64,000 nt of DNA, taken from assembly GCF_964213995.1 (NCBI RefSeq), contig NC_135818.1, positions 88,040,001-88,104,000 of the forward strand, read 5' to 3'. Position numbers and translations under genes: made by a program. The notes under the pieces were generated by a model, which ran no database searches, had not been told where the DNA came from, and saw nothing but the letters and a program-made list of their open reading frames with translations. Origin of the DNA: Mustelus asterias. Its lineage: Eukaryota. Below, piece by piece: positions 11,898 through 24,179 of the stretch (position 1 is the first letter of the stretch; every line of letters starts with the position of its first letter).

Positions 11898-12603
11898 CAA
11901 TTAAATCCTGTTATTGTTTTATAAACCTCAATCAGATCACCTCTCAGTCTCCCCTTCTCTATACAAGTTCAACTCTTGTATCATTTCTTGATAACTAAAA
12001 TGTTTTACACTGGAGATTAGTCTATGCACCCTCTCCAAGTCTCAAGATCATGCACTATGCAAGGACTGTATGTAAAGTTGGACACCTTTTCACTTAGGGT
12101 CAAGGGTTAGTGATTGGATTTTAAGTTTTGGGTTTAGTGGTTTGAGTTGGATAATCCATGTATTTTATCTTTTTTAATGCGCTATTACACAGACACCGCT
12201 ATGAGCAGTTTGTACAATCCTACACAGAGTCTGTACTAAAATAGGAACTGAGTACCTCCAACACGTGTAGTTAAATGTTAATACCATAGTTCTAAAAGTT
12301 CCAGTGATTTTTCAGCATGATGTTTAAGATCATGATTAGGGTTGGGTTTTAGGGTTGGGTTTTAGGGTTAGTATCTGTGTTTAGTTTTGTGGTTAGGGTT
12401 TAGAGTCAAGGCTAATGGTGAATGTTTAGAATTTAAACCCCCGCTATGTTTCATTAAGTTGTCCCATTATTAAAGCCCGCGAGTTGCACCGTGAGTTGTG
12501 GAGCTGAGTGAGAGATATCTCCCCAGCGGGAGCTCCTCAGCCCCTTCCCCGCTCGCCTCGCCTTGACTAGCGGCTTCTCTCCCAATCTTTCCCCAGTTCT
12601 CAC

Positions 12604-12639
12604 CTGGTCCAGTTCGAGATAGCCGTCCATCCTTCCCAT
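12604..12639 (-). CDS. PPP1R36: PPP1R36 coding part of exon 1: MGRMDGYLELDQ
   Basis: Donor CAG|gtgaga at 12603, phase 0, joins exon 2 to give YLELDQ|LIAAVPAHWVWKD versus recalled human YLMDQ|LGLRLGMWYWKD; locally CpG-rich. Confidence 0.7.
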
Positions 12640-12672
12640 ACAACCGCAACTCCACACATGCTGTTTACATCG

Positions 12673-12685
12673 GTATCCTGGCAAC
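12673..12685 (-). promoter_or_regulatory. RFX X-box-like site at the PPP1R36 5' end
   Basis: GTTGCCAGGATAC (minus strand) resembles the X-box GTTGCC-N(1-2)-GGNAAC/GATAC; about 35-45 nt upstream of the ATG. Confidence 0.55.
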
Positions 12686-12905
12686 CGCAGCAAGCAACCA
12701 TTCCAGGAACAGAGTAACAATTGCCGAGCAAAGAGAAGCCAAGCCCTCCCCCACCGCAAAGGGCTCAGTGTAAGAGTCCCCACTAGGACTGACAGTAACA
12801 ACCCCAATGGGAGAGTAACCTTCCTGGAATTGTGATAACCCCGGAGCAGCGTAGAGTAAAACTCTCCCTCCCCAGGAAAAAGGTAACCCCGGAGGGGGAA
12901 GTACT

Positions 12906-13200
12906 AGGTGGCAGGTTAGCACAGTGGTTAGCACTGGTGTCTCACAACGCCAGGGACCCAGGTTCGATTCCTGGCTTGGGTCACTGTCTGTGTGGAGTTT
13001 GCACATTCTCCCCATGTCTGCGTGGGTTTCCTCTGGATGCTCCAGTTTCCTCCCACAGTCCGAAAGACATACAGGTTAGGTGGATTGGCCATGGTAAAAC
13101 GTGCAGCGTTACAGGGATAGGGCGGCGACGTGGGTAAGATGCTCTTTCGGAGAGTATGCGGAGACTCCTTGGGCCAAATGGCCTCTTTCTGCACTGGGGA
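12906..13200 (+). mobile_element. V-SINE (HE1-like)
   Basis: tRNA head, V-domain and CR1-type tail. Confidence 0.8.
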
Positions 13201-13398
13201 TTAAGAATCACTCAGGCAGATTACCTGGGTGAGAGAGCTCCTGGGAATTGTGCCAGTATGGAAAAAGAGGATCAGTCAGATGAATGCACACTGGGGGAAA
13301 AAGGATCAGGAGGGAGGGCTTTAGATTCTTGTGTCATTGGGACCAGCTTTGGGGGAGATGGGACCTGTGCAGGCTGGGCTGGTTTCACCCGAACAGAG

Positions 13399-13838
13399 AA
13401 CATAAGAACTAGGAGCAGGAGTAGGCCATCTGGCCCCTCGAGCCTGCTCCGCCATTCAATAAGATCATGGCTGATCGTTTCATGGACTCAGCTCCACTTA
13501 CCTGCCCGCTCACCATAACCCTTAATTCCTTTACAGTACAAAAATGTATCTATCCTTGCCTTAAAAACATTCAATGAGGTAGCCTCAACTGCTTCACTGG
13601 GCAGGGAACTGCACAGATTCACAACCCTTTGTGTGAAGAAGTTTCTCCTCAACTCAGTCCTAAATCTGCTTCCCCTTATTTTGAGGCTATGCCCCCAAGT
13701 TCTAGTTTCACCTGCCAGTGGAAACAACTTCTCTGCTTCTATCTTATCTGTTCCCTTCATAATCTTATATGTTTCTATAAGATCTCCCCTCATTCTTCTG
13801 AATTCCAATGAGTATAGCCCCAGTCTACTCAGTCTCTC
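13399..13838 (-). mobile_element. CR1 LINE 3' fragment
   Basis: ORF 13488-13808 EFRRMRGDLIETYKIMKG...GKWS; (ttcttatg) tail. Confidence 0.9.
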
Positions 13839-15697
13839 CGGGCTCCAGACAAAAAGAGGTCACGAAATGTTCTTGGCAGGCAGGATTAAGGAGAATCCTA
13901 AGGCATTCTATTCATACATTAGGAACAAAAGAGTTGTCAGGGAGAAAATCGGACCTCTCAGGGACAAAGGAGGGGAATTATGCTTAGAACCCAAGGGAAT
14001 AGGGGAGATCCTAAATGAATACTTTGCATCGGTATTCATGAAGGAGAGGGGCGTGTTAACCGGGAGTGTCTCGGAGGGAGGTGTTGACCCGTTAGAGAAA
14101 ATCTCCATTACAAGAGAGGAAGTGTTAGGTTTTTTAGGGAACATTAAAACTGACAAAGCCCCAGGGCCTGATGGCATCTATCCTCGACTGCTCAGGGAGA
14201 CGAGAGATGAAATTGCTGGGCCTCTGACGGAAATCTTTGTCGCTTCTTTGGACACGGGTGAGGTCCCTGAGGATTGGAGGATAGCGAATGTGGTCCCGTT
14301 GTTTAAGAAAGGTAACAGGTATAACCCAGGAAATTATGGGCCGGTGAGCTTGATGTCCGTGGTAGGGAAGTTGTTGGAGAGGATTCTTAGAGACAGGATG
14401 TACGTGCATTTAGAACGGAACAATCTCATTAGTGACAGACAGCATGGTTTTGTAAGAGGGAGGTTGTGCCTTACAAATTTGGTGGAGTTTTTTGAAGAAG
14501 TGACAAAAACGGTTGATGAAGGAAGGGCCGTGGATGTCGTCTATATGGATTTCAGTAAGGCATTTGACAAAGTCCCACATGGCAGGTTGGTTAAGAAGGT
14601 TAAGGCTCATGGGATACAAGGAGAAGTGGCTAGATGGGTGGAGAACTGGCTTGGCCATAGGAGACAGAGTGTAGTGGTCGAAGGGTCTTTTTCCGGCTGG
14701 AGGTCTGTGACCAGTGGTGTTCCGCAGGGCTCTGTACTGGGGCCTCTGCTATTTGTGATATATATAAATGATTTGGAAGAAGGTGTAACTGGTGTAATCA
14801 GCAAGTTTGCGGATGACACGAAGATGGCTGGACTTGCGGATAGTGAAGAGCATTGTCGGGCAATACAGCAGGATATAGATAGGCTGGAAAATTGGGCGGA
14901 GAGGTGGCAGATGGAGTTTAATCCGGATAAATGCGAAGTGATGCATTTTGGAAGAAATAATGTAGGGAGGAGTTATACAATAAATGGCAGAGTCATCAGG
15001 AGTATAGAAACACAGAGGGACCTAAGTGTGCAAGTCCACAAATCCTTGAAGGTGGCAACACAGGTGGAGAAGAAGGCATATGGTATGCTTGCCTTTATAG
15101 GACGGGGTATAGAGTATAAAAGCTGGAGTCTGATGATGCAGCTGTATAGAACGCTGGTTAGGCCGCATTTGGAGTACTGCGTCCAGTTCTGGTCGCCGCA
15201 CTACCAGAAGGACGTGGAGGCGTTAGAGAGAGTGCAGAGAAGGTTTACCAGGATGTTGCCTGGTATGGAGGGTCTTAGCTATGAGGAGAGATTGGGTAAA
15301 CTGGGGTTGTTCTCCCTGGAAAGACGGAGAATGAGGGGAGATCTAATAGAGGTGTACAAGATTATGAAGGGTATAGATAGGGTGAACAGTGGGAAGCTTT
15401 TTCCCAGGTCGGAGGTGACGATTACGAGGGGTCACGGGCTCAAGGTGAGAGGGGCGAAGTATAACCCAGATATCAGAGGGACGCTTTTTACACAGAGGGT
15501 GGTGGGGGCCTGGAATGCGCTGCCAAGTAGAGTGGTGGAGGCAGGCACGCTGACAACGTTTAAGACTTACCTGGATAGTCATATGAGCAGCCTGGGAATG
15601 GAGGGATACAAACGATTGGTCTAGTTGGACCAAGGAGCGGCACAGGCTTGGAGGTACGAAGGGCCTGTTTCCTGTGCTGTACTGTTCTTTGTTCTTT
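13839..15697 (+). mobile_element. 5'-truncated young CR1 LINE with uninterrupted reverse transcriptase frame
   Basis: About 590 open codons including KAPGPDG, QHGF, GVPQGSVLGPLLF and FADD; (ttctttg)n tail. Confidence 0.95.
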
Positions 15698-15737
15698 CTC
15701 AGCTCCGCGCCGATTTCTGGCGTGATTTGGCGGAACG

Positions 15738-16310
15738 TGGTTGGAGAAACTTGGTTTGTTCTCACTGGAACGACGGAGGTTGAGGGGCGACCTGATAAAA
15801 GTCTTCAAGATTATGAGGGGCATGGACAGAATGGGTAGTCAGAAGCTTTTTCCCAGGGTGGAAGAGTCAATTACTAAGGGGCATAGGTTTAAAGTACAAG
15901 GGGCAAGGAGATGCACGAGGCAAGTTTGTTTTTTACACAGAGGATGGTGGGTGCCTGGAACTCGATAGGGTCTTTTAAGACACTTTTAGATAAGTACATG
16001 GAACTTAGTAAGATAGAGGGTTATAGGTAAGCCTAGTAATCGCTAAGGTAGGGACATGTTCGGCACAACTTTGCGGGCTGAAGGGCCTGTATTGTGCTGT
16101 ATTTTTTCTATGTTTCTAACTCGCTGCCGGGGGAGGTAGTGGAAGCAGACACGATAGTGAGTTTTAAGGGGCGTCTTGACAAATACATGAACAGGATGAG
16201 AATAGAGGGATATGGTCCCCGGAAGGGGAGGGGGTTTTAGTTCAATCGGGCAGCATATTTGGTGCAGGCTTGGAGAGCCAAAGGGCCTGTTCCTGCGCTG
16301 TAATTTTCTT
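15738..16310 (+). mobile_element. CR1 3' fragment carrying a nested CR1 tail (15965-16117)
   Basis: Host frame resumes after the insert; aactcg duplicated at 15959-15964 and 16118-16123. Confidence 0.75.
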
Positions 16311-17147
16311 TGTAACAATTCTGCAAAATGCCTGGAAGTACAGTGGAAAGTTCCTGAATCTGGTAGGGAGTATTTCTGCATTCTCACAGGAAGCTGAGTG
16401 GATTTGGTGACATTTCCACACCAAGGTATAATAGGTATGGGAGCAGGAGTAGCAGTGCTCTGGGTCTATAACATGACAAAGAGCTGGAGCAGAGACTGCA
16501 GGGTGAAGAAGCTCTACCTGATGCTGTCTGCCAACTAGATGCTGACTCCACCATGCTTCTTGGCAGGGATAGGCATCAAGCATCTCGGTGTGCATCCTCA
16601 TCACCGTTCTCCCATACGCGACATCATTGAGGTCCCCTGCATCGGAATCCATCTCAGGACCTGGCAAATAAACCATCCTTTCTCCCTTGGCCTGGCTGTA
16701 GCCCATTCATGTCCAGTGATAATCTCAACAGTATCTAAGACATGTGCAGTGACAGTATCTGAGCAGGTGGCAGCGAGTATCATGTAGGAGTCCAGACAGT
16801 GTGTTGGCTACTTGTTCATAGAGGGTGGGGACTATAGTAAACCTGTATGAAGCCTTACCTGACCTCCAAGTATTCTCACTAGATACTGGTTAGGATTTTC
16901 TCAGACTTGAGTTGTTATAGTGCCTTTCATGTCATCTTTTAGGTTACTTAACTCAGTACCAAGTAAGAATTAAAAGCAGCAACTTCTTCAATGATGTTAG
17001 GTCCCATCTATAGAAACTCTGCTCCAGACAGCACAGAATTAAGGTTGTCTTTATTTTTTTTGTTATTTTTAAAACATTTCACATCTGGGTTAAACACAAT
17101 GAATTAAAATAGATGTAAACAAAAAAACTCAACAGGAATTTTAGTTA

Positions 17148-17632
17148 AGCAAAAAGCAGAATACTGCGGATGCTGGAAATCTGAAATAAAAACAGAAAAT
17201 GCTGGAAATACTTAGCAGATCTGGCAGCATCTGTGCAGCGAGCAAGAAAATTAATGTTTCAGGTTGATGACCTTTCATCAGAACTGGGAAAAGTTTAGAG
17301 ATGTAATAGGATGCATATTTCTGGCTTTCTCTTGTATTAGCTTTCAGACAACAGCAGACCGAGTCTTGGAAGATCTTTTGTTTTTTTTCTTGCCCCATCA
17401 ACATTCCCTTTAGCACTGGAGGACTCTTCTATCCTTCAATTTCTCCCGTCTCCCACCCTGTCACAGACCTTTGACCTTGCCGCACTTACCCCTGGCTCAA
17501 AACCAATTACATCTCTAACTTTTCCCACTTCTGATGAAAGATCACTGATCTGAAAGGTCAACTCTTTTCCCTTGCTCCACAGATTCTGTCTGACCTGCTA
17601 AGTGTTTGCTGCATTTTCTGCTTTTATTTTGA
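17148..17632. mobile_element. Penelope-like element termini in inverted arrangement (second family) with degenerate hammerhead motifs
   Basis: 17150-17290 is the reverse complement of about 17520-17630; cores CUGAUGA-A-AGGU(CAUCA)ACCU-GAAA (minus, 17249-17285) and CUGAUGA-A-AGAUC(ACU)GAUCU-GAAA (plus, 17527-17563). Confidence 0.65.
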
Positions 17633-18778
17633 ATTTTTTTGTTAATTTAGGAACACAGAAGCGGCTGAATATAACACTCAAAGCTTTATATCCACAGAGA
17701 GCTGCCACATTCTTATAACCAGAGTTAACTATAATGTTTTGCAGAAGTTATAATTTCACCTATTCGAAAGCATGTTGTTGTAAAGACTTAACATTCCACA
17801 AGGAACAACGAGTAACATTGTTCCATTGCGCTACATAGAAGCATGAGATCTATTCCAACAGTTTCTTGAATCTATGCAATACTTATTTCAGGAGTCTACA
17901 GGTTAATTTCAGGAGTCTACAGATTGAAATTCATCCATAGAAGGGGTGCAGTTAACATTCTCCAGTAGTACAGAAGGTTTACACTTTCTCGGACACCACA
18001 ATAAGGTGGAGGTGTCATTCCTCCTCCCCTTCCAGGAATATAAAAAGGCTAGCCCCTCCAGTAGCTCCCACTCCCTCAATAAAAAGGTCTCTGACCCTCC
18101 TCCCATTAGCTGCTTTACCAGGAAATGAACTATGTAGCGGCAGTCTCACATCACTGCATACTTGCCAAATTTGTGGCTGAAAATAATGGCATCTTATTTA
18201 TTGGTTATTTAAATATTTCCCCAAAATTAACCGAACAATACATTCCTTATTCTACTCAGGGACAGTATCCTACCTAAAGAAATTGGGAGTTTGTTGTGGT
18301 GGATCCCAATTGATTGTATCCATTCTTCCCCTGTCTCTATCAACACAGTTTGATAACTGCAAATTTCATTAGAATAAGCACATGTTTGAGTTTGTGAAGA
18401 AATTCACTGATAATTGAAAATTGGAAAGAAAATGGGCGACATGGATCATAATCGGGGTATGGGGGTGTACCTATACAACATGGACTGCAGCGGTTCAACA
18501 AGGCAGATCACACCACCTTCTCAAGGGGTAATTGGGGATGGGCAATAAATGCTGAACTTTTGAAAAAATGAACTCTGGTAATTAATTTATAATAAGCTAA
18601 TGATCCTTAGATATCTCACACTTCAAGGTAACTAAGCTGTTGAGTGACTTGCCAATGCACTATCAGACATTTCCTCTTTCCTTCCTTCTGTAATGCTGAA
18701 GTAATCTGGAAGCTAAGCAGTAGTTAGTAATTCCAAACCTAATGGTTTAAAGTTTTCCAGTGCTCCTACCCATGTCAC

Positions 18779-20418
18779 TCAGTCAACTTCTTCAATAGTG
18801 GGTCCAGAAGCATTGCTAGGATTGGAGGTACTGCCAGCCCCCCCAGGCATACCAGCACAAGGACAGCGAAAGAATTTAGCTATTGGCTTGCAAACTTTCT
18901 CCAGCTCCTTCTGCTGGTGCTCAAACTCATCCTTCTCTGCTGCCTGGTTTCTTTCCAGCCAGCTAAGGACTTCCTGACATTTCGCAAGGATTTTACTCCT
19001 TTCCTCATCAGTGATTTTTCCTTTCAGCTTCTCATCTTGTACCACTTGCTTCACAGCATATATATAAGTCTCTAGGGCATTTTTGGCAGCCACTTTTTCA
19101 CGGTTTGAATCATCCTCGGTCCTGTAGTGTTCTGCATCCTGTACCATGCGCTCAATCTCATCTTTGCTCAGCCGTCCCTTGTCATTAGTGATGGTGATCT
19201 TGTTTTCTCGCCCTGTGCTCTTGTCCACAGCTGAAACATTCAGGATACCATTGGCATCTATGTCAAAGATCACCTCTATCTGTGGCACTCCACGCGGAGC
19301 TGGTGGGATATTAGAAAGGGCAAATTTGCCAAGCAGATTGTTGTCTCTGGTCATTGCCCTCTCACCTTCATAAACCTGAACGAGGACGCTGCTTTGATTC
19401 TCTGAATAAGTGGTGAAGATCTGAGTCTGCTTGGTGGGGATAGTAGTGTTTCGTTTTATGAGGGGAGTCATGACACCTCCAGCTGTTTCAATACCTAGAG
19501 ACAGGGGAGCAACATCCAACAGCAACAGGTCCTGCACATTTTCAGACTTATCGCCTGTTAAAATAGCTGCCTGTACAGCAGCACCATAAGCCACAGCTTC
19601 ATCTGGGTTGATGCTCTTGTTCAGCTCTTTCCCATTGAACAATTCTTGAAGCAGTTTTTGGATTTTAGGGATCCTCGTGGAGCCTCCGACAAGAACAACA
19701 TCCTGAATCCGAGTCTTGTCAATTTTTGCATCGCGAAGGGCTTTTTCAACAGGGTCCAGTGTGGCTCGGAACAGATCGTTGTTCAATTCCTCAAACCGGG
19801 CCCTTGTGATGGATGTATAGAAATCAACCCCTTCGTACAGCGAGTCAATCTCAAGACTGGCTTGTGTACTTGAGGATAGGGTCCTCTTGGCACGCTCGCA
19901 AGCCGTACGCAGACGTCTTACTGCTCTCTTGCTCTGGGCGATATCCTTTTTAAATTTCCGTTTAAATTCTTCCATGAAATGGCTTACCATGCGATTGTCA
20001 AAATCTTCTCCTCCCAAATGAGTATCACCAGCAGTGGACTTGACTTCAAAGATACCTTCTTCAATGATAAGAACAGAAACATCAAATGTTCCACCTCCCA
20101 AATCAAAGATGAGGACATTATGCTCACCAGGTCCTGTTTTGTCTAGTCCGTAAGCAATGGCAGCTGCAGTTGGTTCATTGATAATCCTCAGCACATTTAA
20201 CGCAGCAATGGTTCCAGCATCTTTAGTGGCTTGTCTTTGACTATCATTAAAATAAGCTGGCACTGTGATCACAGCATTCCTCACGGCAGTGCCCAGGTAT
20301 GCTTCTGCGATCTCCTTCATTTTTGTCAGCACCATAGAGGAAATCTCCTCAGCAAAGAAAGTCTTCTGTTCTCCTTTGTATTCCACCTGAACTTTGGGTT
20401 TCCCTCCTTCACTAATCA
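18779..20418 (-). CDS. HSPA2: Hsp70, HSPA2 orthologue, coding exon 2
   Basis: [24 protein letters not shown] and terminal GPTIEEVD; HSPA2-type residues MTPLIKRN and [13 protein letters not shown]; acceptor tcatctttccccag|TG at 20419. Confidence 0.9.
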
Positions 20419-20516
20419 CTGGGGAAAGATGAATGAAGACATTTTTAATAAGTGAAATAAATCTCTTTCCATTTCTTAACAGAATATTTGTAATCTTTTA
20501 ATGTCAAATACTTCCC

Positions 20517-20603
20517 TACCAAATAAACCTGTTGGACTTTAACCTGGTGTTGTTAAACTTCTTACTGTGTTTACCCCAGTCCAACGCCGGCATCTCCACA
20601 TCA
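20517..20603 (+). mobile_element. 87-bp Penelope-like terminal fragment with 13-bp target-site duplication
   Basis: tcaaatacttccc at 20504-20516 and 20604-20616; insert matches the terminus of the elements at 32476 and 29780-29861. Confidence 0.8.
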
Positions 20604-20740
20604 TCAAATACTTCCCCTCACAGGTAAATGGTAAGGCATACTCGCAGACCACCCCTGCCAATTCTAATTTATAACCATCTAGGTATGGTGTGGACAAGAA
20701 CGCAAAGCAGCTGATCTTCAGAGATTAGATGCTTACAGCA

Positions 20741-23226
20741 ACATGACCCATTATGTTTGTGTTCTTTCCAAAACTAATCTCATTGGACTGCATTTTCCCT
20801 CTGTTATGGTTCAGGTTAGAAACTCCAAAGTGTTTTATGAAGCTCACCTGAATCATCAGTTTTGCAACTTGAATTTGACTAGGATAAGCATGATATGTTC
20901 CAGCTCAGGTGTGATTCCAAAGACCCACTAGGGAGCTTTTATCAAAGTTTATTTAAGAATATAGCTAACATGTATTGTAAGAAATTTAGCAATAACTTTT
21001 ATCAATTACAAACAAGAAACAAAACAACTACTACAATGTATAACCCTTAACAAATGTATCTAATATGTTCCAATCAAACCAATCACATGGACAAAAGACC
21101 TTTTTCACAGGTTTAACATAGCATAGACTAATGCTCATGTGATACTGGATTTGGGACCTTTGGACAAAGTCTGTAGTTCTCTGGATTCACTCCGAACAGT
21201 TTGAAGACAAGGCAGCTTCCCAAAACACCAGAGAGATTCTGGTCCAGCCCCCAACAACACCAGATTTTCACCCTTCATGAAAACAAGACAATTTCCAAAA
21301 AAAAAGGGAGAGAGGGAAAACACTTCTTTTTAGCTTGCTGTCCCTTCTAAAATTTAAAACTCAAACCTACAGCTGCAAACTGAAACTGAAATTGAATCTG
21401 ACACCTGACCTGCCCAGTTTTTTTCTTCTCCCAACAATTACATCACCTAAGGCTGTGAGCATAAATTTTTTTTTTTAATTCTTAAAGGTACAAAAACATC
21501 ACACCTCCATCCTTAAGAAAGAAAATTAACCATCAACATTCAAAGATAGTTTCATTTTTCAAACCCCTTCAGTTTCACAGTACTCGTACTCTGCGATAAG
21601 TATACATACATTTTACAAAATCAAAACATGCAAACATAATAGTAATATAGTCCATTTCAGTTTTTGTCTTCCACCATTGAACACTTTTTTAAAGTCACAT
21701 TCATGACAAAGCATCCTCCCCAAAATTCTCCTTTAATCTTTAATCCTGCGTTGATTCCAAGTTCAAATTCAGTTTGTTATTGTGATAAATTAGCTCTGGT
21801 AATGTCCTCACAGAACTAGGCAGGATCAGCAGGATAACACATTACATGGGTGTAGTCAGCGGCATTTAGAAAGGTAATTTTATCTGTGTCCTCTTTCTTG
21901 TTCATTGGCCTTAGCTCCTCCTCTGTCAAGCAATTTGACTCCTTTGTTTGCTCTGGATCTGTACCATCATTTTCTGCACACTCTTTGACAAAGACACATG
22001 GCAGATTGTCTTTCTTGGTGTCAGAACCCATTTTGACCATGGTTCCAAATAGCTACTGTAATGTATTTGAACACTAGCAGTGTACAGTGCGGTTTCACTG
22101 GGCATCCACATCTCTGCACGCTGTACACAATCATTATGCCAGCAGTTCATTTTAGATGATGGTACAATTTTGGCAAACAGTCTGATTCCACCTTGTTGTC
22201 CTTTCCTTTGATCCACATTAATATGATACTTCCACTCCTCAATCTCCTTTTTTAGATCACACATGACCGTTGATTCATCCACACTTTCCTTTGCATGGAT
22301 GATGTGCTGTTTCTGATGGTCCTGCAATTTATGTTCAGGCAATTTGAACAACTCAGGAACATGTTCCAAAACAGCCAACTTGTCTTGTATCTCTCTCTCT
22401 ACACCTGCTCACTTTCTTTGTTCACATTTGTGTCCATTAACTGGTTTTCCTTCTTCAGTTTTGTGTGATTGGTCGAGACTTTCAGCTGCTGCATCTCAGA
22501 CTCAGTAAACATGACCATCAAAATTTAATAACACCTTTATAGAGTCCAGGCCAATAAAAATGTTTTTGTATTTGAGGCTGAGTTTTCCTTACTCCCAAAT
22601 GACCTCCTACTGGTATCTCCTACGCTACTCGCAATATCTCCTTTCTATACCCTACCGGCAATATCACTTGATGAACTTCTGCCTACTTTTCATCCGAATA
22701 TGTAAAGGTCTCCATTTCCTCATTAAGACATCATTTTTAAGGTAATAACATTCTAGTATACACTCAGATTCTTCTTCTATGTATGCTTTCTGATACAACT
22801 GTTTTATTTCTGTATTTTTCTGTTGTAACTCTGTCTACTTTCCCGAACTAAAAATATCCACCTCATCCACTGGATTTGGGACCTTTAGATGAAGTCTGTA
22901 GTTCTCTGGATTCACTCCAAACAGTTTGAAGACAAGGCAGCTTCCCAAAATACCAGAGAGACTCTGGTCCAGCCCCCAACAACAAGAGATTTTCACCCTT
23001 CAGGAAAACAAGATAATTTCCAAAAAAAGGGAGAGAGGAAAAACACTTCTTTTTAGCTTGCTGTCCCTTCTAAAACTTCAAACTAAAAACTCAAACCTGC
23101 AGCTCCAAACTGAAACTGAATCCCTGTCACCTGACTGCCCACAGTTTTTTCTCTCCTCCAAACAATGAAATCACCCAAGGCCATGAGCATGAATAAAAAA
23201 AACTCTTAAGGTACACGAAGATCACA
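20741..23226 (-). mobile_element. Internally deleted Gypsy LTR retrotransposon in the HSPA2 intron
   Basis: Direct repeats 21145-21503 and 22870-23226 (LTRs starting TGTGAT on the minus strand); PPT aaggatggagg before 21503; decayed pol ECYYLKNDVLMRKWRPLH...HLGVRKTQ at 22550-22860. Confidence 0.75.
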
Positions 23227-23404
23227 TCGCTGTATAAACCCAGCTTCAGACATTCATACATTTTTTTGTTGAAAGATGTCGGGCCCAACCAGTTCCTTTA
23301 ATAAAGCATTCAATCTCTAACAACTCTCTGCATGTTGAAAGTCGACAATTTTTCTCCTCATTAGCACTGGCTTGTGTAACATGACATCCGCTCCTTAGCC
23401 AGTT

Positions 23405-23650
23405 CCCCAGGGGGGAAAGGTTCAGTGGGGATGTGCGGGGGAAGTTTTTTTACACAGAGAGTGGTGGTGACCTGGAATGCACTGCCATGTGAGGTGGTTG
23501 AGGCAGATATGTTAGCGGCATTTAAAACTTAACTGGATAGACACATGAACAGATGGGGAATAGAGGGTGGGTCTAGATAGGACAACGTGATCGGTGTAGG
23601 ATTGGAGGGCCGTAGGGCCTGTTTCTGTGCTGTTCTTTGTTCTTTCTCTA
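23405..23650 (+). mobile_element. CR1 3' end fragment
   Basis: ttttttacacagagagtggtg...gggccgtagggcctg...ttctttgttcttt. Confidence 0.75.
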
Positions 23651-24179
23651 CTCATTCAATCAACATATAAACTAGAAGCAGGAGTAGGCCATTTGGCCCT
23701 TCGAGCCTGCTCTGCCATTCATTTTGATCATAGCTGATCATCAAACAGATTTAACATCTGTTAAATCTCTTAGTATCTTATGCACCTGCACTCACACTTT
23801 CTGGGAATCACGCATTTTAAGAAAGAGGGTTTTTCTACTTCACTGTATCCATCAGCACCTGCCATTAGTGCAAAGTCCCATTTCTGTTTTTCCTTCCAAA
23901 GTAGATCACCTCACAGTTCCACATTAAAATTGCATTGTCACTAAACTGCCTATGTCCTGCTAAACACGGCATGGTGGCACGTCTCCTCCCCATGCTCCAT
24001 TTGCTTTCCTGTATCTCTGACCCCCTCCAACCCTCTAACTGGAGACAAGCTGGAGAGATCGCCCCAGAGTCCTGATCCATCGACCCACATCACCAAATCA
24101 GATGATCTGGTCATTATCACATTGCTGATTGTGGGGTCTTGCTGTGCACAATTTATTTTTTACATTACTGGAGTGTCGT

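Noticed and set aside
12085-12415. Telomere-like ttaggg repeats as an interstitial telomere
   Set aside because: Only a few degenerate, interrupted units; more consistent with low-complexity or transposon-derived sequence.
13633-15624. 663-aa ORF as a host gene or intact LINE ORF2
   Set aside because: The first 69 or so codons are the antisense of a different CR1 fused by chance to a 5'-truncated CR1; there is no endonuclease domain.
16242-16790. 154-aa and overlapping ORFs between PPP1R36 and HSPA2
   Set aside because: I recognised no domain or convincing splice sites; probably a decayed repeat, unresolved without a search.
17990-18130. TATAAAA followed by AATAAA suggesting a small LTR or gene
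   Set aside because: No TG...CA boundaries, TSD or second copy could be identified.
18779-20419. Truncated Hsp70 pseudogene starting at GTG
   Set aside because: The missing 95 residues are in exon 1 at 32980-33265, with canonical in-frame splice sites.
21816-22378. 150-aa and 74-aa minus-strand ORFs in the HSPA2 intron as a nested gene
   Set aside because: They lie between the LTRs of a decayed Gypsy element.
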